Shown: positions 50,532 to 64,000 of the stretch, in pieces | Numbering within the stretch: the stretch's first letter is position 1 | Layout of the letters: each line of letters opens with the position of its first letter | Assembly: GCA_964035545.1 (NCBI GenBank) | Contig: OZ037769.1 | Location: forward strand, 10,756,633 to 10,820,632 | Reading direction: 5' to 3' | Source: Bugula neritina | Lineage: Eukaryota; Animalia; Bryozoa | Length of the DNA: 64,000 nucleotides | Made by a program: the position numbers and the translations under genes | Notes under the pieces: model-generated | Seen by the model: only the letters and a program-made list of their open reading frames with translations | The model's database searches: none | Told to the model about the DNA's origin: nothing

Positions 50532-51992
50532 TCAATGTTTAGACTGGTTTTTCGGATCAACCACAAAAATATAAATATTAGCACATATGCAGAGAAGTAG
50601 CATGGTGAATGCATTGTAGTATATTAGATTTCTAAACTTTGGTTCCAAGTCACCTTGTCTATACCAGTAAATCTGCAAAATAAATTAGGATCGTGTCAAC
50701 TTGTCACTTGAAATCTAATTTGGTCATAGTGGCAATAGAAAGCATGAGTTAACCCTATCAAAACTCAAATATCACTGCAAAGTAAAGCAAATACAAATCA
50801 ATCTATGAATGGGTTTAAATTACTAGAGTTGATTAAAAAACAAGAACATAAATTTAGTTATATTTAAATAATTTGCTTAAATTGTGCAAGATGAGAATTT
50901 CTCAAATTAGGTGAAAATTTAATTACATATAAATATTTTTAAAGACTTTGCTAACGGCTAAGATTGCATCGGAAGCATTAAACTGATGCTGACATGAAAT
51001 ATAATATAATGAGATAAAACAGCTTGACTCGACAATATTGGAGAGATCTTAAACTTGAAAAAAGCATGAGAAATCACACTGATTCACATGTTGTTTTTCT
51101 AAAAGCTTGTAAAATGGTACACTAACTGATGGCCTAAGAAACTACTGAATATACAGATACTTTAAAGATCAGAATTTGCAAGAGCAAAATTAATTCAGGA
51201 GTTTTCTTCCACATTTTTTACATAAGGAACACAAGAACCTTGACCTAACTACTTAGCCCGAGTGCCTAGACTACTTCAACTTTATTAGCTATGTAACAGA
51301 TGCTGGGTATACTGGTTCACTCACCAGTATTAAATGTGAGAAGAGTATAAAGAGTACACACAGGGCGAAATACACATTGGGCACTTTGACAGAAATATCC
51401 TCTGGATATGCGAATGCGCTTATAACCGTACTCTAAAAGTAAACAATTATTTAGAGAAAAAATTTAAGATTACAAACACGTGCATACATATATATATTTA
51501 GTTCATGTTATGCTAATCAAGTATATATTTCAATGTACAGTAAGAATTTGCTGTAAAAATAATGTCATAATGATAATTATAGTAAAATAGTAAGATAAGA
51601 TATGAGAAATAATGAGCAACTTACTAGTACCATGACCCCGGTAAGAGTACCCACTACTAAGTTCACCAATCTATCCTGCAACAATTGATAATCAATAAAG
51701 AATAACAATTGATAATAAAATTCACACAACCAATAAAAAGGCCAAAGTTCAACTAGAATTTAAAGTAATTGTGTAAATATTCATCATCATTTCAATAACC
51801 GGCTCTTTGTATATATTTTAGGAACATAGTGTTAGTGCTATTAAGACAGATTTCTGGAACCTCACTAACCCGATTACTGCTCTCTCCAAAAAGAGGTCTA
51901 TCCAGAGGTTCATATTGATCTCTAGACCTGCCAACAGTAGATTCAGAGCCTGCTATCCCAATTTCCATACTATATTTCAAATGGTCTTTCAT
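50532..51992 (-). CDS. TMEM243: Transmembrane protein 243 (three TM segments), ~132-140 aa, 4 exons
   Basis: Exons 51992-51870, 51675-51625, 51432-51325, 50672-50532. RPLFGESSNRDRLVNLVVGTLTGVMVLSTVISAFAYP...NVYFALCV...IYWYRQGDLEPKFRNLIYY...LLCICANIY matches the TMEM243 family. Most of it is missed by the ORF track. Confidence 0.92.
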
Positions 51993-53199
51993 GGACTCAG
52001 CTAAGGCTGCTCATACTGTGTCTAATACAAAAAACCGGAACATAAAGTAATGTGACAAATAATGAGGTGATTCCATTGTTAAAAAATTTGTAAGCCAATT
52101 GGACACTAATAAAAAAAGTTGGCAGACTACTTATAATTGTGCCAAGAAAAAAAGAACTCATTTAGCATATTGCAAAGCCAGTCAGTTCTTATCAATAGAA
52201 GGTTATTTTTTAAAATTTGTGAAAAGCTACAGTTTTAATAACGCATTGATTGTTTATTGGTTCCAGAGGTGGCAAAATTTTAATTTTTTATATTATATAG
52301 GTTAGATTTTGAATGCTATCACGGGTTTCAACAAGAGAATCATGAGCAATTCAGATTACTAATTAAAATTACAAACTAAAAGCTTAGCTTGAGCTTGCAA
52401 CAGTTTCTTTGAATTAGAGTTTTGTGACGTAAGCAGTTTTGAAAATTTATTTGACAATTTAAAGCAATTGCATTAAACTGCTTAGAAAAACAATTATGAT
52501 TTGTTTATGAAGCAAAGAAGATTTATTACTTTTTTAGCTGGAGTTAAGGTACTTTCATTTGTAGCAGCAAATACATTGTCTTCTTCAACTTTGAATAACT
52601 GGAAGATATCTATATAGTGCAACCATGCTTCTACTCCTATCTCTTGGTTTATGTAATTAGTTACCAATATCATTTTATAATTATGTAACAAGGGTTAAAA
52701 TAACGTCTAGTGCATCATATTTTTAGAGTTTGATAAAGTAGAATTTGGAAAAGCTGAAAAAAGAATCATTTTGTATAATTTTAGATTAATTATTTGAGCC
52801 TTTAAATTTTTCAATACTTCTTCTACAGCTATACATACTGTAGACATTACCTACTCTAACCACAACCATTATAATTGTCATGTATTATAACTTCTATTTC
52901 ATACTAACTCTCAGTACTGGAATGCACAAAGTCGATATTACAACTGAAGTAGTAGCATAACAGCTGTTAATATAGAATATGACTACAACAAAATTCAAGG
53001 TTGATTAGGGTCAGCATATTCAGCAAATTAGGCCTAAAGTATAATAAGATTGTGTTAAAAATAAGAAAAAAAATTATTTTGAATGCAAAGTTTTAAAAGT
53101 TCAATTTACTCAAAATTATTTTATTACCTTTTCTTCCTTTATCTTCAAGCAAAGTAGCAGAAAAAATAATACAGACTAACTGATAGCAAAAATGCATAT

Positions 53200-54700
53200 C
53201 AGCATTATGACCATTATTAAAGTATAACTATTATTCACTAAATTACTGTACTGTCTATTACTATTAGTATTAAAATTACTAATTTACTACTAGTATAAGT
53301 ATTAGTATTACTATAACTATTACTTAAAGTTAGACTTAGAGTTAGTATTCGCATAATATAAAGGCTAAGTATAACATTTGCTATCAGCATTCCTATTAGT
53401 AAGACTATTACTATTTGTATTAGTCTTAAATTTCGTGTTAGTATTACTATTAGTATTGCTATCGCATTGTAATGTATATATTAATAGTGTTTACTCATAT
53501 TAGAATTGTATTATTATAACTATTACTATTAGCATTACTATTACTATGTCATTGGTATTGAATTTACTTTGCAGTATCTGTAATAACCATGGCAACTAAT
53601 ATTACAATTACAATAATACTATTAGTATTAGTATTAGTATCACAAATACATTTAGTTTTACTAAAAGTATTTAGTACAGATTGAGGTATACTAATAATAA
53701 TTAATGTTAATACTAAATTTGATAATACTATTAGTATTACTAATATTTATACTACTATTGAAAGTAAGCTTAGTGTTACTATTAGTATTACATCTAGTAC
53801 AACTACAATTAGATTAGTTCCACTAATAGTAATACCAATTGAATAATTATACTTATATTTATTACACTTTACAGATTAGTAATTGCTAATACTAATAGTA
53901 AGGGAAACTGACTAACTCACTTAGTAATTGTAATAGTAAAACTAATTACTATAACTCAATAGCCTATTATTACTTACTTAGATGGTAATACTAATACTAA
54001 TAGTGATACTTACAGTTAAGCTTAATCATAATGTTATAGTTAAACTTAATTTTTATGTTATGCTTTTAATATTACTATTACTATTATTTCTTACTATTAG
54101 TTATACTAATTCTAAATCTTACTTTTAGCAATACTAATTAGTAAATTGCTGTAACAGCATTACACTCAAACTACAGCCTTTACAATTACTGATTACACAT
54201 TCACATTGTCATTGATTTATAATTATTATACTATTAGTATAAATATTAGACTTAGTACTAATATTAATAGTAATAGCAGTATTCATATTATCAGTATTAC
54301 TATTACTATTATTATTAGTATATTCATATTAGTATTAGTATTACTATTAGTATTAGTATTACTATGTCTATTGCTATTGGTATTATTACCATCAGACTCA
54401 GTATCGGTATGACTATGAGTATTACTAGTAACGTTGTTTATTAGATTTATTGACATTGTTATTCATTTTCAAAGTTATTGATATTATTAATATTATTATT
54501 AACTTCAAGCATTATGATTATGATTATTAATATAAAGCAAAATATGATGTAAGTCATCACTGTCATGTATCAGTATTGTGTAACTATTAATAATCGTTAC
54601 TATATAAAATAATAATAATAAGCATTATGATTATAGTGCTCATCAAAATAATTATAATCTCACTATCAATTATAAATCAGCAAACACTGTAACTGTAAGC
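53200..54700. repeat. AT-rich (AnT)n low-complexity block on the TMEM243 side
   Basis: tattagtattagtattactattagtattagtatt repeated in degenerate form over ~1.5 kb. Confidence 0.75.
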
Positions 54701-54739
54701 AAAATGAAAATGCTGTAACTTCAACTTATAAGCAAAATC

Positions 54740-55090
54740 TTATGAGTTGAGAGAGTATCAGGTGATCGAACTCAAAACTTTAGCGCGGGTTCTAATTTTA
54801 AAACTTTGAAGGAAAGACGTTGAGATTTCAAGGTGATCCGAATGAATTCAATTAGTTGTGTCAAAGCCAGGTCAAGATCACCACCATTGAAAAACGAAGC
54901 TTTTCTATAAGTAGCTCCGAGTTAGGGACGACTGAGTGTAGTAGCTTAAGGTTCTCAAATGTAGTAATCGAGATTTGACTTAAAGCCCCACCTCTAAGCA
55001 CAAGAATTCTAAAGTACTACACTCAGTCACCCCAACTCGGAGCTTCTTTAAAACAATTCTTGAAAAGGCTTGCTGGTTTAGTTGAATGAA
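54740..55090. promoter_or_regulatory. Putative bidirectional promoter (TMEM243 <- -> CDAN1)
   Basis: CpG-retaining island between divergent genes; AGGTCAAGATCA at 54869-54880 and TCAAGGTGA at 54828-54836. Confidence 0.55.
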
Positions 55091-55139
55091 ATAATATGTA
55101 ATAATATTTAATTTTATTATAACTATAAAATTTATAGTA

Positions 55140-55830
55140 TTTGATAATAATAATATACCCATTACATGACTTTATTATTTGTGCTCTTCAGAATGCAGTA
55201 ATTATAAAAAATATACTTATATTTTAATTTATAATTATTGAAAAAGTTTCTCGAAACTACTTTAACTTTAAGTTTATCAATATCAATATGAATATGAACA
55301 TCATAGATAGTGATACTCACACTTAGTGTTGGATATTGCAATCACAGTCACAAGTACTTTATAACTATAAGCATAATCAATCAATTCAAATTATCATTAT
55401 GCAAAGTCAAATACTCAACTTGAATTTCAAGTAGCACCTGTACAGTTGCATTATGACTTATGAGTATACTATTACTATTAGTATTACTATAACTTATAGT
55501 ATAACTAATGGTAATACCAATACTTACTTACAGTTACTCAGTTAGTGTTACTGTAGACGTAGTAGTAGTAATAATAAAACTGCAGTCTTACATTTACAGC
55601 TTACAGGTGATCAAATTCAAGCAATTGTTATTGTTAAAGTTAATAATATTAATAAGTTAATTTTATGAATATAATCATAATCATATTGATGTTGATAATT
55701 ATTTATGCTAATCTAATATATATTACTATTAGTATTACTATTACTATTAGTATTAGCCAATAATCATAAACTTACTATTGTAATGTATATGTATTGTATA
55801 TTAATGTTATATTGTATTGGTAATACAGTG
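55140..55830. repeat. AT-rich (AnT)n low-complexity block on the CDAN1 side
   Basis: tatgagtatactattactattagtattactataacttatagtataac; tattactattagtattactattactattagtattag. Confidence 0.7.
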
Positions 55831-56161
55831 AGTCAGTGACACTGACTGTATACACATTTATGCCGGTTTACGGTTTAGCGTAATCAAAAATTATAAAAGT
55901 AAAAATGAGATATTGTAATTCAAATTTCATTTAAATATTAAATCTAAAACTAAGGCTGTTACTTGTAGCTCGTTTTGTAGTTGTGCTATTCACATTAATT
56001 AGCTGATAATTTTGTAGTCACCCAGAGTTTGAACACCAGTATGAGTATGCTGTATGGGTATCATGGTGTACTAGATTTTGGCCATGCAAATTAAACTATG
56101 TCATGCTCGTAGGCAGCTCTCTAACTTTCTTTGTTCTCATGTATGTTTCTACTGTTCTTTG

Positions 56162-56581
56162 TGTTAGCCTATAATAGTAATACATAACATACATGGCGTG
56201 ATCGCTCCCCAACAGATATCCGAATTCAGACGCCCTAATGTCGATTCGGATGTCCGAATTCTCTGGTTCAGACGCCCAAATCGGCCACTCATCTTAAAAT
56301 GAGGCATTTCACCATACATACTGGGGGTAGAATGCCTCAGACGAGTGAGTTGAACTGGAGCTGGAGACAGTGACACTACACCTGTTAATTACATATACTA
56401 TTGTAATTACATTGTACTAGTTATTATTCTGATGTGAGGAGTCAGGCCTAGACTCCATAACAGGCAGGCCTACAATAAAGGTTATTTAATTTGGAACACT
56501 GTCCTCTCTCTCTCTCTTATGCAAAGAGTACTTGAGTAACTTCACTTCATTTAGTACACATCAGCAAATTATGACCTAACA
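56162..56581 (+). mobile_element. Possible solo LTR (~420 bp)
   Basis: Termini TGTTAG...CTAACA, CpG-rich interior with an internal repeat (tccgaattc, ttcagacgccc), AATAAA ~105 nt before the end. No matching TSD seen. Confidence 0.35.
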
Positions 56582-56769
56582 ATAAAGTTTGTAAAAAATC
56601 CATTGAAATTTACTATACGTAGTATTTTTGTGTGCTGGTTCTAATTATGCACAACAGAAAAGGCTGGTAGAGATTCCCCAACATTAAAGCACGCGTCATT
56701 GTCATATGCACCTAATAATATATATGTGCGACCGTCACAAAAAAGCTGTGACGGTCTGCAAATGCAAGC

Positions 56770-56953
56770 TAGCTGAATAATTAAGCAAAAACATAGGAAA
56801 TTAAGCAAACTTAAAAATAACCTTGATTATTTAGTTGTATTTATGAATATGCTATTAGTTTTGAGCCAAAACCCATATACATTAGCAGCTAAATTGGAAA
56901 AAATAGCTAAAACTGGAGATTTCGAGTGTGTACTAAATTAAGTAAAATGACCC
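56770..56953. mobile_element. Single arm of the 42867-43289 fold-back MITE family
   Basis: ...AACTGGAGATTTCGAGTGTGTACTAAATTAAGTAAAATGACCC matches the right arm of the 43-kb element. Confidence 0.75.
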
Positions 56954-58051
56954 ACTTATGTTTTGGGTGTAGTTCAGCTTTCTACGAACCCCCAGTAGTT
57001 TTACAACCTGCATTCTATTTGCAGCCTAAAATCACTACAATAATCATAATGATGACTTAAACTTAAACTATTTATAAATTTGTAAACTTAAAATATTATC
57101 ATTATTAGCTTTGGTGTCATGTACATTTACTTTTAGATTGATTCATTATAATTAGCATTACGGATTACTTTAGTTAGCGCTGACACTACCCAGTTGCTAA
57201 CCTAACTCCTAATTTCTGGACTGAAAGTTGAACTTCAAGTTCATGTTTAGCTTTTGTACTCAGTTTAAATTAGTTAATGCTATAGCAGTATTTCCTGTTG
57301 TAGCATTTTAGTCATAATGAAAATCAAGGTAATTATAATCATAATTATATCGGTTAAAGTAATTTTAATTAAAGTAAATTTAATTTTTTAGAGACCTCAA
57401 TAGATACTCTGCCCTCTGAAAAACTCACTCATGCTGCTACATGATGGTACTAGGCACCATTCAATCACGATCCTCATAAATGTGTAGTGCTTTTTGTCAA
57501 ATTATGTTTCGGTGGAAAAATCTATGTAAAAACTCATTTTTATAATGATATTATTCTTTATATATTTAATACCTATAATTTATTTTAGTTGCCAGAGTCT
57601 TGAGCTTACAAAAATTTTATTTATTAATATTACATCACCTTACAGCCATTTCATGATGTAATGAACTTTGAAATGTGTTCGTTTGGCTATATACCAGTTC
57701 TTACTCTCTAATTAGAAAGTTATAATATCTGGACATTTTTATATAATAAATAGCTATGCTAAAGATTTTGCCTCATTCTCAAGCATTTAGTTTGTTAATA
57801 TAGTTTGATCAATATGCAATGTTACTAAAGAAATAAAACTAGGCTATACTAAGTTTTCCTTACAAGGCAAATCTACACGAAATTGTAAGAGCATTTATTC
57901 AGATTGAATGATTATGTTAAGCAATGTATGCATTTATCTTTTTCTCTTCTAAGAAATAAATAATGTGACTAGATAATGTTATATTTTAATATATAAGCAC
58001 TCTAACTGAACAGTTTGACTAGGCAGTGTTCTATCTTGTAGTGTATGAGCA

Positions 58052-61000
58052 ATGTTTAGTAACACAGATACGGTTCAAGTTAAACTTGTTTTGGAGGACA
58101 AAAGTTACTGTGAAAAAAACAGCTTCAACACTTATTCCGATGAAATACTTTTGGACAGAGTAAAAGAGACTCTCTCTTTACTCTGTGGTATGTGTTAAAA
58201 TATTGTTACATTACTGGTATCCAATCTTCAATTCCAGTTTCAGTAGATATTTTTAAATTTTTTTCTATTACTTTTTTAACCTTTATTCTAAAAGTTTATA
58301 ATCTTATGAAAGACATAATTATTTTCCCTGATATTTTTTTAAATAAAATACAACGTTAATAGCAATATTTAATAACTATTGCAGATCTAGGGATTGAACA
58401 AACTCTAGACAGTGAAGAAGCAGTTACTGGCTGCAAACCAATTGACAAACAAATCAGGTTGCCTTTGGATGAACATAGCAATGAAGCTTGTGAGAATGAA
58501 CAGCTTGTATCAAAATTCTTAACTTATATTTACAATCAAATTGATGGGTTAATTGAGCGGTGCCCTATTCAATCCACTTCCCGAAGCAGTACCCCAATAT
58601 CAGTAGCGAGGCAAACACCACTTACACGTTCTGAAAAGAGCACAACATCACAACCTTATAAGGTTTCAGATAATAAAGGGAGGGGAACTAACTCCAAAAC
58701 ATTTCATCCTGTTGCTGGTTCTCATTGTACAGACAGATCAGCTCCTAGGAAATCAGTATCAGGAGGAAAGCAAACTCGCAGGGTTCAGCTTTTTTCAACT
58801 AACGGCTCAGGAAATTTAGGTGAATTGAAATTTACTTTCTTTTAAATATTGAGCAACTTGTACTGAACCAAATCTTCTAAAATCAAAATAGAACTGTGAA
58901 TATTATTGATTATATCATATCCTAGTATTTGCAGTTCTTGATTGTCATCACCTTACTGTGTGTGTGGACGAGATTTTATGTAACCATATGAGTGGAATTT
59001 GTAGAACAGCTGCTCCAGTTGACTACCTTTTTAATCTTGCCGAGAAATTTTGAGTTTCAAGAAATTTGTTATAAATGTGCTTTTATAGACTTAGTTCTTC
59101 AGTTATTCAGTTATATTTATGCATCAAATAAAAAACCTGGACAAAACACAGGCTCGAAAGTATGTAGTTTACGGCATGAGTTTAGTCACCAGATTTGGAT
59201 CTGAGTGTGCTTGGCCTTCAGTCCTGCCTATCTGACGATTTTATCTAAATATTATAGCGCTCATCTATTTCATTATAATTTAACTCTCAATGAAATAATA
59301 TGTTAACTGTATTTATTACTTAGTAAATTTTAAATAAGGGAACGGCTTTCAATTTAGGCTGCTATTACTTTCCTAAACAAATACAACATTTCAACATATG
59401 AAATGTAATGTAGCATGTTCTTTTCTCCCCTAATGAACTTTTTTTGAAAAGGCCTACTTGTGCAAATATAATTTTTCTTATTCAAAAACTGAAAAAAAGT
59501 GCTGTTACATATTTTGACGTCTTGTTCCAAGAATTCATGAATTTTTTTTAGATTTCTGTTTTAATGTTGATTCACCAAAGTGCTATCTCCGTCGTTTGTA
59601 GAGAGTTGTGCCTCGCCGTTGTCTAAAATAAAGTCCTCCCCATCGAGAGAAGAGTTTGCTCCCCTTCGGTTCAGCACTCCTTCACATTCCTCAGCTAGCC
59701 AGCACAATGGTCAGAGCTCCTTGACGTTAGCCGACTTCATCACACCAGAGCGACGTAAGAAGAAGCGTCATGAACGGAAACAGACATCTAGGACTGTTAA
59801 TTCACCATCGTATGGCTCGTGGGCTTCTAGTGTTGGTGAAGGGGAAATCACGCCGTTGCAAGGAAATGCATTGGCGAATAGTGTCTCTAACAGTTCTCAG
59901 ATATTGGATCAAACAGACATAATCAATGGTAGCAAAGAAATATCTAACTCTGAACCTCCAGAGCTCAGTGCAGCTATTCAACTGAGAGAAGACAACCCTA
60001 AGCCCTCTAGGCGCATAACCCCCACAGTAGTGAAAGAAGATACTGTATGGCACAAGTTTAAACAACAAGCAGTCTTTGCTCCTTGCAGTCCTAAGAAATG
60101 CGTATCGGCGCCTACACCAGGTAGATTTGATGCTGAACGGCAACAACTCCGGGAGAAAAAGGCACAATTCATGACTTTAGTTACTGACACTGCAAGCAAG
60201 TCACCCCAAGACCCGGCTACACCATCTAAATCTTACTCGTCTAAGTTGAACTCCGAGCAGTGTGTTGAGCCCCAGCCTGATCTTGTTACTTTCACCAGTC
60301 AGCTAGACAAAGCAGCTTTCACCTTCGCTAATTTAATAAGTGGTTAGTTGTCGCTATTAGTGTCTGCCAGTTTGTGCTTTTTTATGTTCAAGCTTGACTA
60401 CTTTTTTATACTGAAAAATTTCTTTTCAACTCAATATTTAACATAATATTAAATTCCGGAAGATTTTTTTTTGGCAAACATGTAGACCTAAGCTACCAAA
60501 CATTGGTTTACCATGTATAGTTACTTGTTGAGTTGAATGTTTTTGTTTCATTTTTTGTAGCTGGAAAGACGCCGAATATCACCACAGATTTGCATCTCCT
60601 CACACAGGTGCTCTGTTGTCAGGTGCCAGAGAACTCTGTAAATGAGGAGAGAACCAGCGACGGAGCCAGTCTGAAACTACTACACTCAGTGCACAATGGC
60701 GTGTACTTCGCCATCGCAGTATTACGAAACTCACAGGTATGCTCTTTGCTTTGCATACAAACAAAGATTGCAGTCTATGATTGGTTGTAATAGGTGTGCT
60801 GTATTTATGTATAGCGGATTAAATGCTAGTGTGTGGGTCATCTATGGTTCCTGTGATTCCAAAGTGTTGAAAATTCTATTTTTGAAAAAGTGAGAAGTAT
60901 GAATTTATTCTATGATGTACTTAAAATTTGGTAATATATTAAATGGACCTATCCCTTTGGCAGTCTCAAACTTTCTCAATAGTCTTATAGTGTATATTTA

Positions 61001-64000
61001 TAATCTATAACATTAGAAAAACTGACTACAAACATCATACTTCTGTTATATAGTGCACACAACTCCGTGTTTTTGTGCATCACCAGCACATGCTGCATGT
61101 CTACTTACTTAATGGTATTTAATGAGGACATGTACTGTATATTGTAAGAATAGTATTAAATGGAGACATATACTGTATAATGTAAGAATGATAATAAATG
61201 GGGGCATATACTGTAGATTTTAATCATGTTATTTAATGGGGACATATATTGTATATTGTAAGGATGGTATTAAATGGGGACATATACTGTATAATGTAAG
61301 AATGATATTGAATAGGGACATAATTATACTGTATATTGTAAGAATGGTATTAAATGGGAACATATACTGTATATTGTAATCATGTTATTTAATGGGGACA
61401 TATACTGTATATTGTAAGAATGGTATTAAATGGGAACATATACTGTATAATGTAAGGATTAGCTGAGCATATAATATGCAGTGACATTATATGCTGTAGG
61501 TGCTGCAGCACCTGTTAGACTCTGGGATAGCCAGACTCATCAGTGAGAATGACAGAGTTGGGAGGTTTGACTTGGCATTTGCTGCACACCTTCAGCCATC
61601 TAAGCTGGACCACCTGTCTTGCACTGGGAACATGTCTGCATTCAGCAGTGTCTCTTTCCAGGCAGACACTGACAATGCTAAGAACTTCCCCTCTGAACGA
61701 GCATTTATTGTGTTTAAAAAGCAAAGAGACCTGTTTTATGAGGTGAATGGCTGTTTTCCCTACCCAAACCCCTAATTTATGCTATTTGTCATATGTTATA
61801 CATACACATTGAATTACATTTTAATGTTAGATCTAAATTCTGTGCCTAATTGATTTGGCTGATAGCTTATTTTATGTCAAGTGTGGGTACTGCATTCTGA
61901 ATATCCTACAATCGGTACTCGTTTAGGCAAGACTCGCTGTATCTTCAGGTTACACTTGCTATATCTTCAGGTTACACTTGCTATATATTCACGATAGACT
62001 CGCTATATATTTAGGTTAGACGTGCTGCTATAATCAATGGTTATTACTGTTATTTGTTGACAGATAAAGAGAGATTGGGATAGCAATCACTCAGTCCCTG
62101 ACTGGAGTTTTAAAATCAAATGCTCACAGAAAATATTCCAACTGCTGAACAATGGTGGTGTTGATGTATCTAATTATGTTCATTTAGCAAGACTCTTTGT
62201 GAATCAGCTTATAATCTCTTGTCTCAAAGGTAAATTTCCTACTCACTCTAATTTCAAATAACTCCTTTAATAATAGTTTGTTGCTCTTCCTAAGAAATGT
62301 CATCTACATACTGAGTTAAATGATGTGACAGGCATGGGAAACTCCTACAGTATGATACTCTGTAAGCAGTAATGTAATTGTAATTTTATTTTTTAATCTA
62401 GCCATGCCAGTACTGGTACTAGGGGTGGAGGTTGATGTATCCTGTACAATAAATGATGTGGTATAGAATTATAATTACAGGAGTGGATGAAGGGTGGAGG
62501 GGTGCAGATGAAGAGAGTGTAAGCCTTCTAAGTAATCTCAAACAATCTCAGCCCGAGAAGTACAGAAAATTGAGGGAGAGGTTTGTCATGCCTCTCTCTA
62601 CCTCCACTCACCTAAACACCGAGGCTATGTTTACTGGACAGGAACACTTCTTCAAGTTGTTTATTGACGTAAGTAGCCAGTATCTATCAAGTTACATGCT
62701 TGCATTTAATGTTCCTTGAAAATTGTTCTTGGAAATGTTGCATTGAGTTTCTTCACTATCGAAACTACTCGTAAGTATTTGCTATGATCGTTCAGGTATG
62801 ATCATAAGCATGCTAATTCACATTCTGCTATTCTTTAGGTCGGGAATGATGTAACTTTCACTCAGCATCTCAAAGACCTTCTAACTCTTCGGCTACTTGA
62901 TCTTAATCAAACAGAGTTTGAAGATTTCAATGAGCCAGATAGCGACCTAATAGCTGCATTGGGCGTATTTTCAGACTGCATTCTAACATCCCGACTTTTA
63001 GCCAAGTTTTTAGGCTATCTCAATTTCTTGCCATACGCCTGCAGTGAGAAGCTGACTCTGGCACTCGATAAGCAGTACCAACTGCTGCGAGAATGTTCAG
63101 CCCCTCCACTAGACGTCAGCCAGCTGCTGGCCACAGCAATGCAGGAGAGCAGGTGCAGAATCCTAATTCCTTGGTTGGTTCAATACCTCAGTCATGCTGA
63201 TCCCTACACAGTGTCCATGCCTTACTACAAGCAAGTGTTGACTTCATTGTGGAGATATTTCCAGCAACTCAAGCTCTTACTTAGACACAAGCAGTGTATA
63301 GCCGACGTTCTTCTACAATACGTCTCTCTTTCATGGCTGTTTAACCTGTCACACTTTGATCACATGCATACGGACAAACAGAAAGATGTGGAAGTAACCA
63401 GCCTACTCCCTGGCAACTCTTTAGTCAGCCTAAACTTGGTATACAAGTGTTCAGATATTCTACGATGTGTGAAGGGTGTGCTAGTTGAGTACGTTATGGG
63501 TATGAAAAGTAAAGTCGGGGTGTCTCGGAAAATTAAACCACTGACCGCCGATTCGTCAGAATCTTCGACTCTCAAAATGAGAGCCTCTGCATCAACTGAG
63601 TCTGCCTCTAATTTACAGCTGACATTGGAAGATAATTTCTTTCAAAATCAACCAGCATCTCTTAAGAAATCTGCTGGGTTCATAGCAGAAAGAGTTTCTT
63701 CCTCTTACATCAAAGAATTTAGAGCTGACACTTTAGCTAAGAATCTGCTTGAGTATAGACTACAGGTTTATAATCACGCCAGTCAAGTCCCTGCACAAGA
63801 GGAGCTCAGGGAGAAGCTGGCCACTGTGATTACTAGCAAAGCCGAAGTTCTGTGGTCAGATTTATATGAGAAAGCGGTAAAAGGCGTCAAACAGTATTTT
63901 AGTGCGAGAGTACCCGAAATACTCAAGCTTTTACTACCTTCAAGCACCGAGAGCTATGTAGTCAAGATATGCACAGCTGTAATTTATCGGCAGGGTTATA
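58052..64000 (+). CDS. CDAN1: Codanin-1 (3'-partial; runs off the window)
   Basis: Exons 58052-58187, 58385-58819, 59581-60342, 60561-60736, 61500-61742, 62064-62229, 62481-62668, 62839->64000. SRRITPT (ASF1-binding B-domain-like), SVHNGVYFAIAVL, VSFQADTDNAKNFPSERAFIVFKKQRDLFYE, RLLAKFLGYLNFLPY, LEDNFFQNQPASLKKSAGFIAERV. The start codon and first two exons are less certain. Confidence 0.88.
61110..61460 (+). repeat. ~39-bp minisatellite upstream of a CDAN1 acceptor
   Basis: catatactgtatattgtaagaatggtattaaatgggga units. Confidence 0.88.
61930..62030 (+). repeat. ~22-bp short tandem repeat upstream of a CDAN1 acceptor
   Basis: gctatatcttcaggttacactt units. Confidence 0.7.

Noticed and set aside
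59552-59580. Stronger-looking acceptor (ttttttag at 59551) for the CDAN1 large exon
   Set aside because: It is out of phase with the 58819 donor and there is a TAA in the coding frame; the AAG at 59580 keeps the frame.

Overview
This is AT-rich, intron-dense animal (invertebrate) genomic DNA, not prokaryotic; the species cannot be determined from the sequence. Six protein-coding genes can be rebuilt exon by exon with GT-AG introns and consistent phases. (1) The 3' ~1900 codons (29 exons, + strand, <1-19550) of a large, apparently secreted mosaic protein: at least 12 tandem C2-type Ig domains, then VWA-TSP1-TSP1-VWA-TSP1-TSP1-degenerate VWA. (2) An LPCAT1/2-family acyltransferase without the EF-hand tail (- strand). 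(3) Rab18 (+), head-to-head with LPCAT. (4) SUCLG2 (-). (5) TMEM243 (-). (6) Codanin-1 (+, head-to-head with TMEM243, runs off the window). Introns carry several MITE families, tRNA-derived SINEs and many mini/microsatellites. Four patterns stand out. First, the unusual Ig/VWA/TSP1 architecture. Second, a 0.6-1.5 kb strand-symmetric (AnT)n low-complexity block on the transcribed side of the inferred promoter of all five genes whose 5' end is in the window, each with a splice acceptor just before the ATG (first intron or trans-splicing outron). Third, intronic minisatellites anchored at splice sites that often multiply AG|GT junctions. Fourth, a shared TGACCTTGACC-type nuclear-receptor element in all three promoter islands. 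All coordinates were read by eye; repeat boundaries are approximate.
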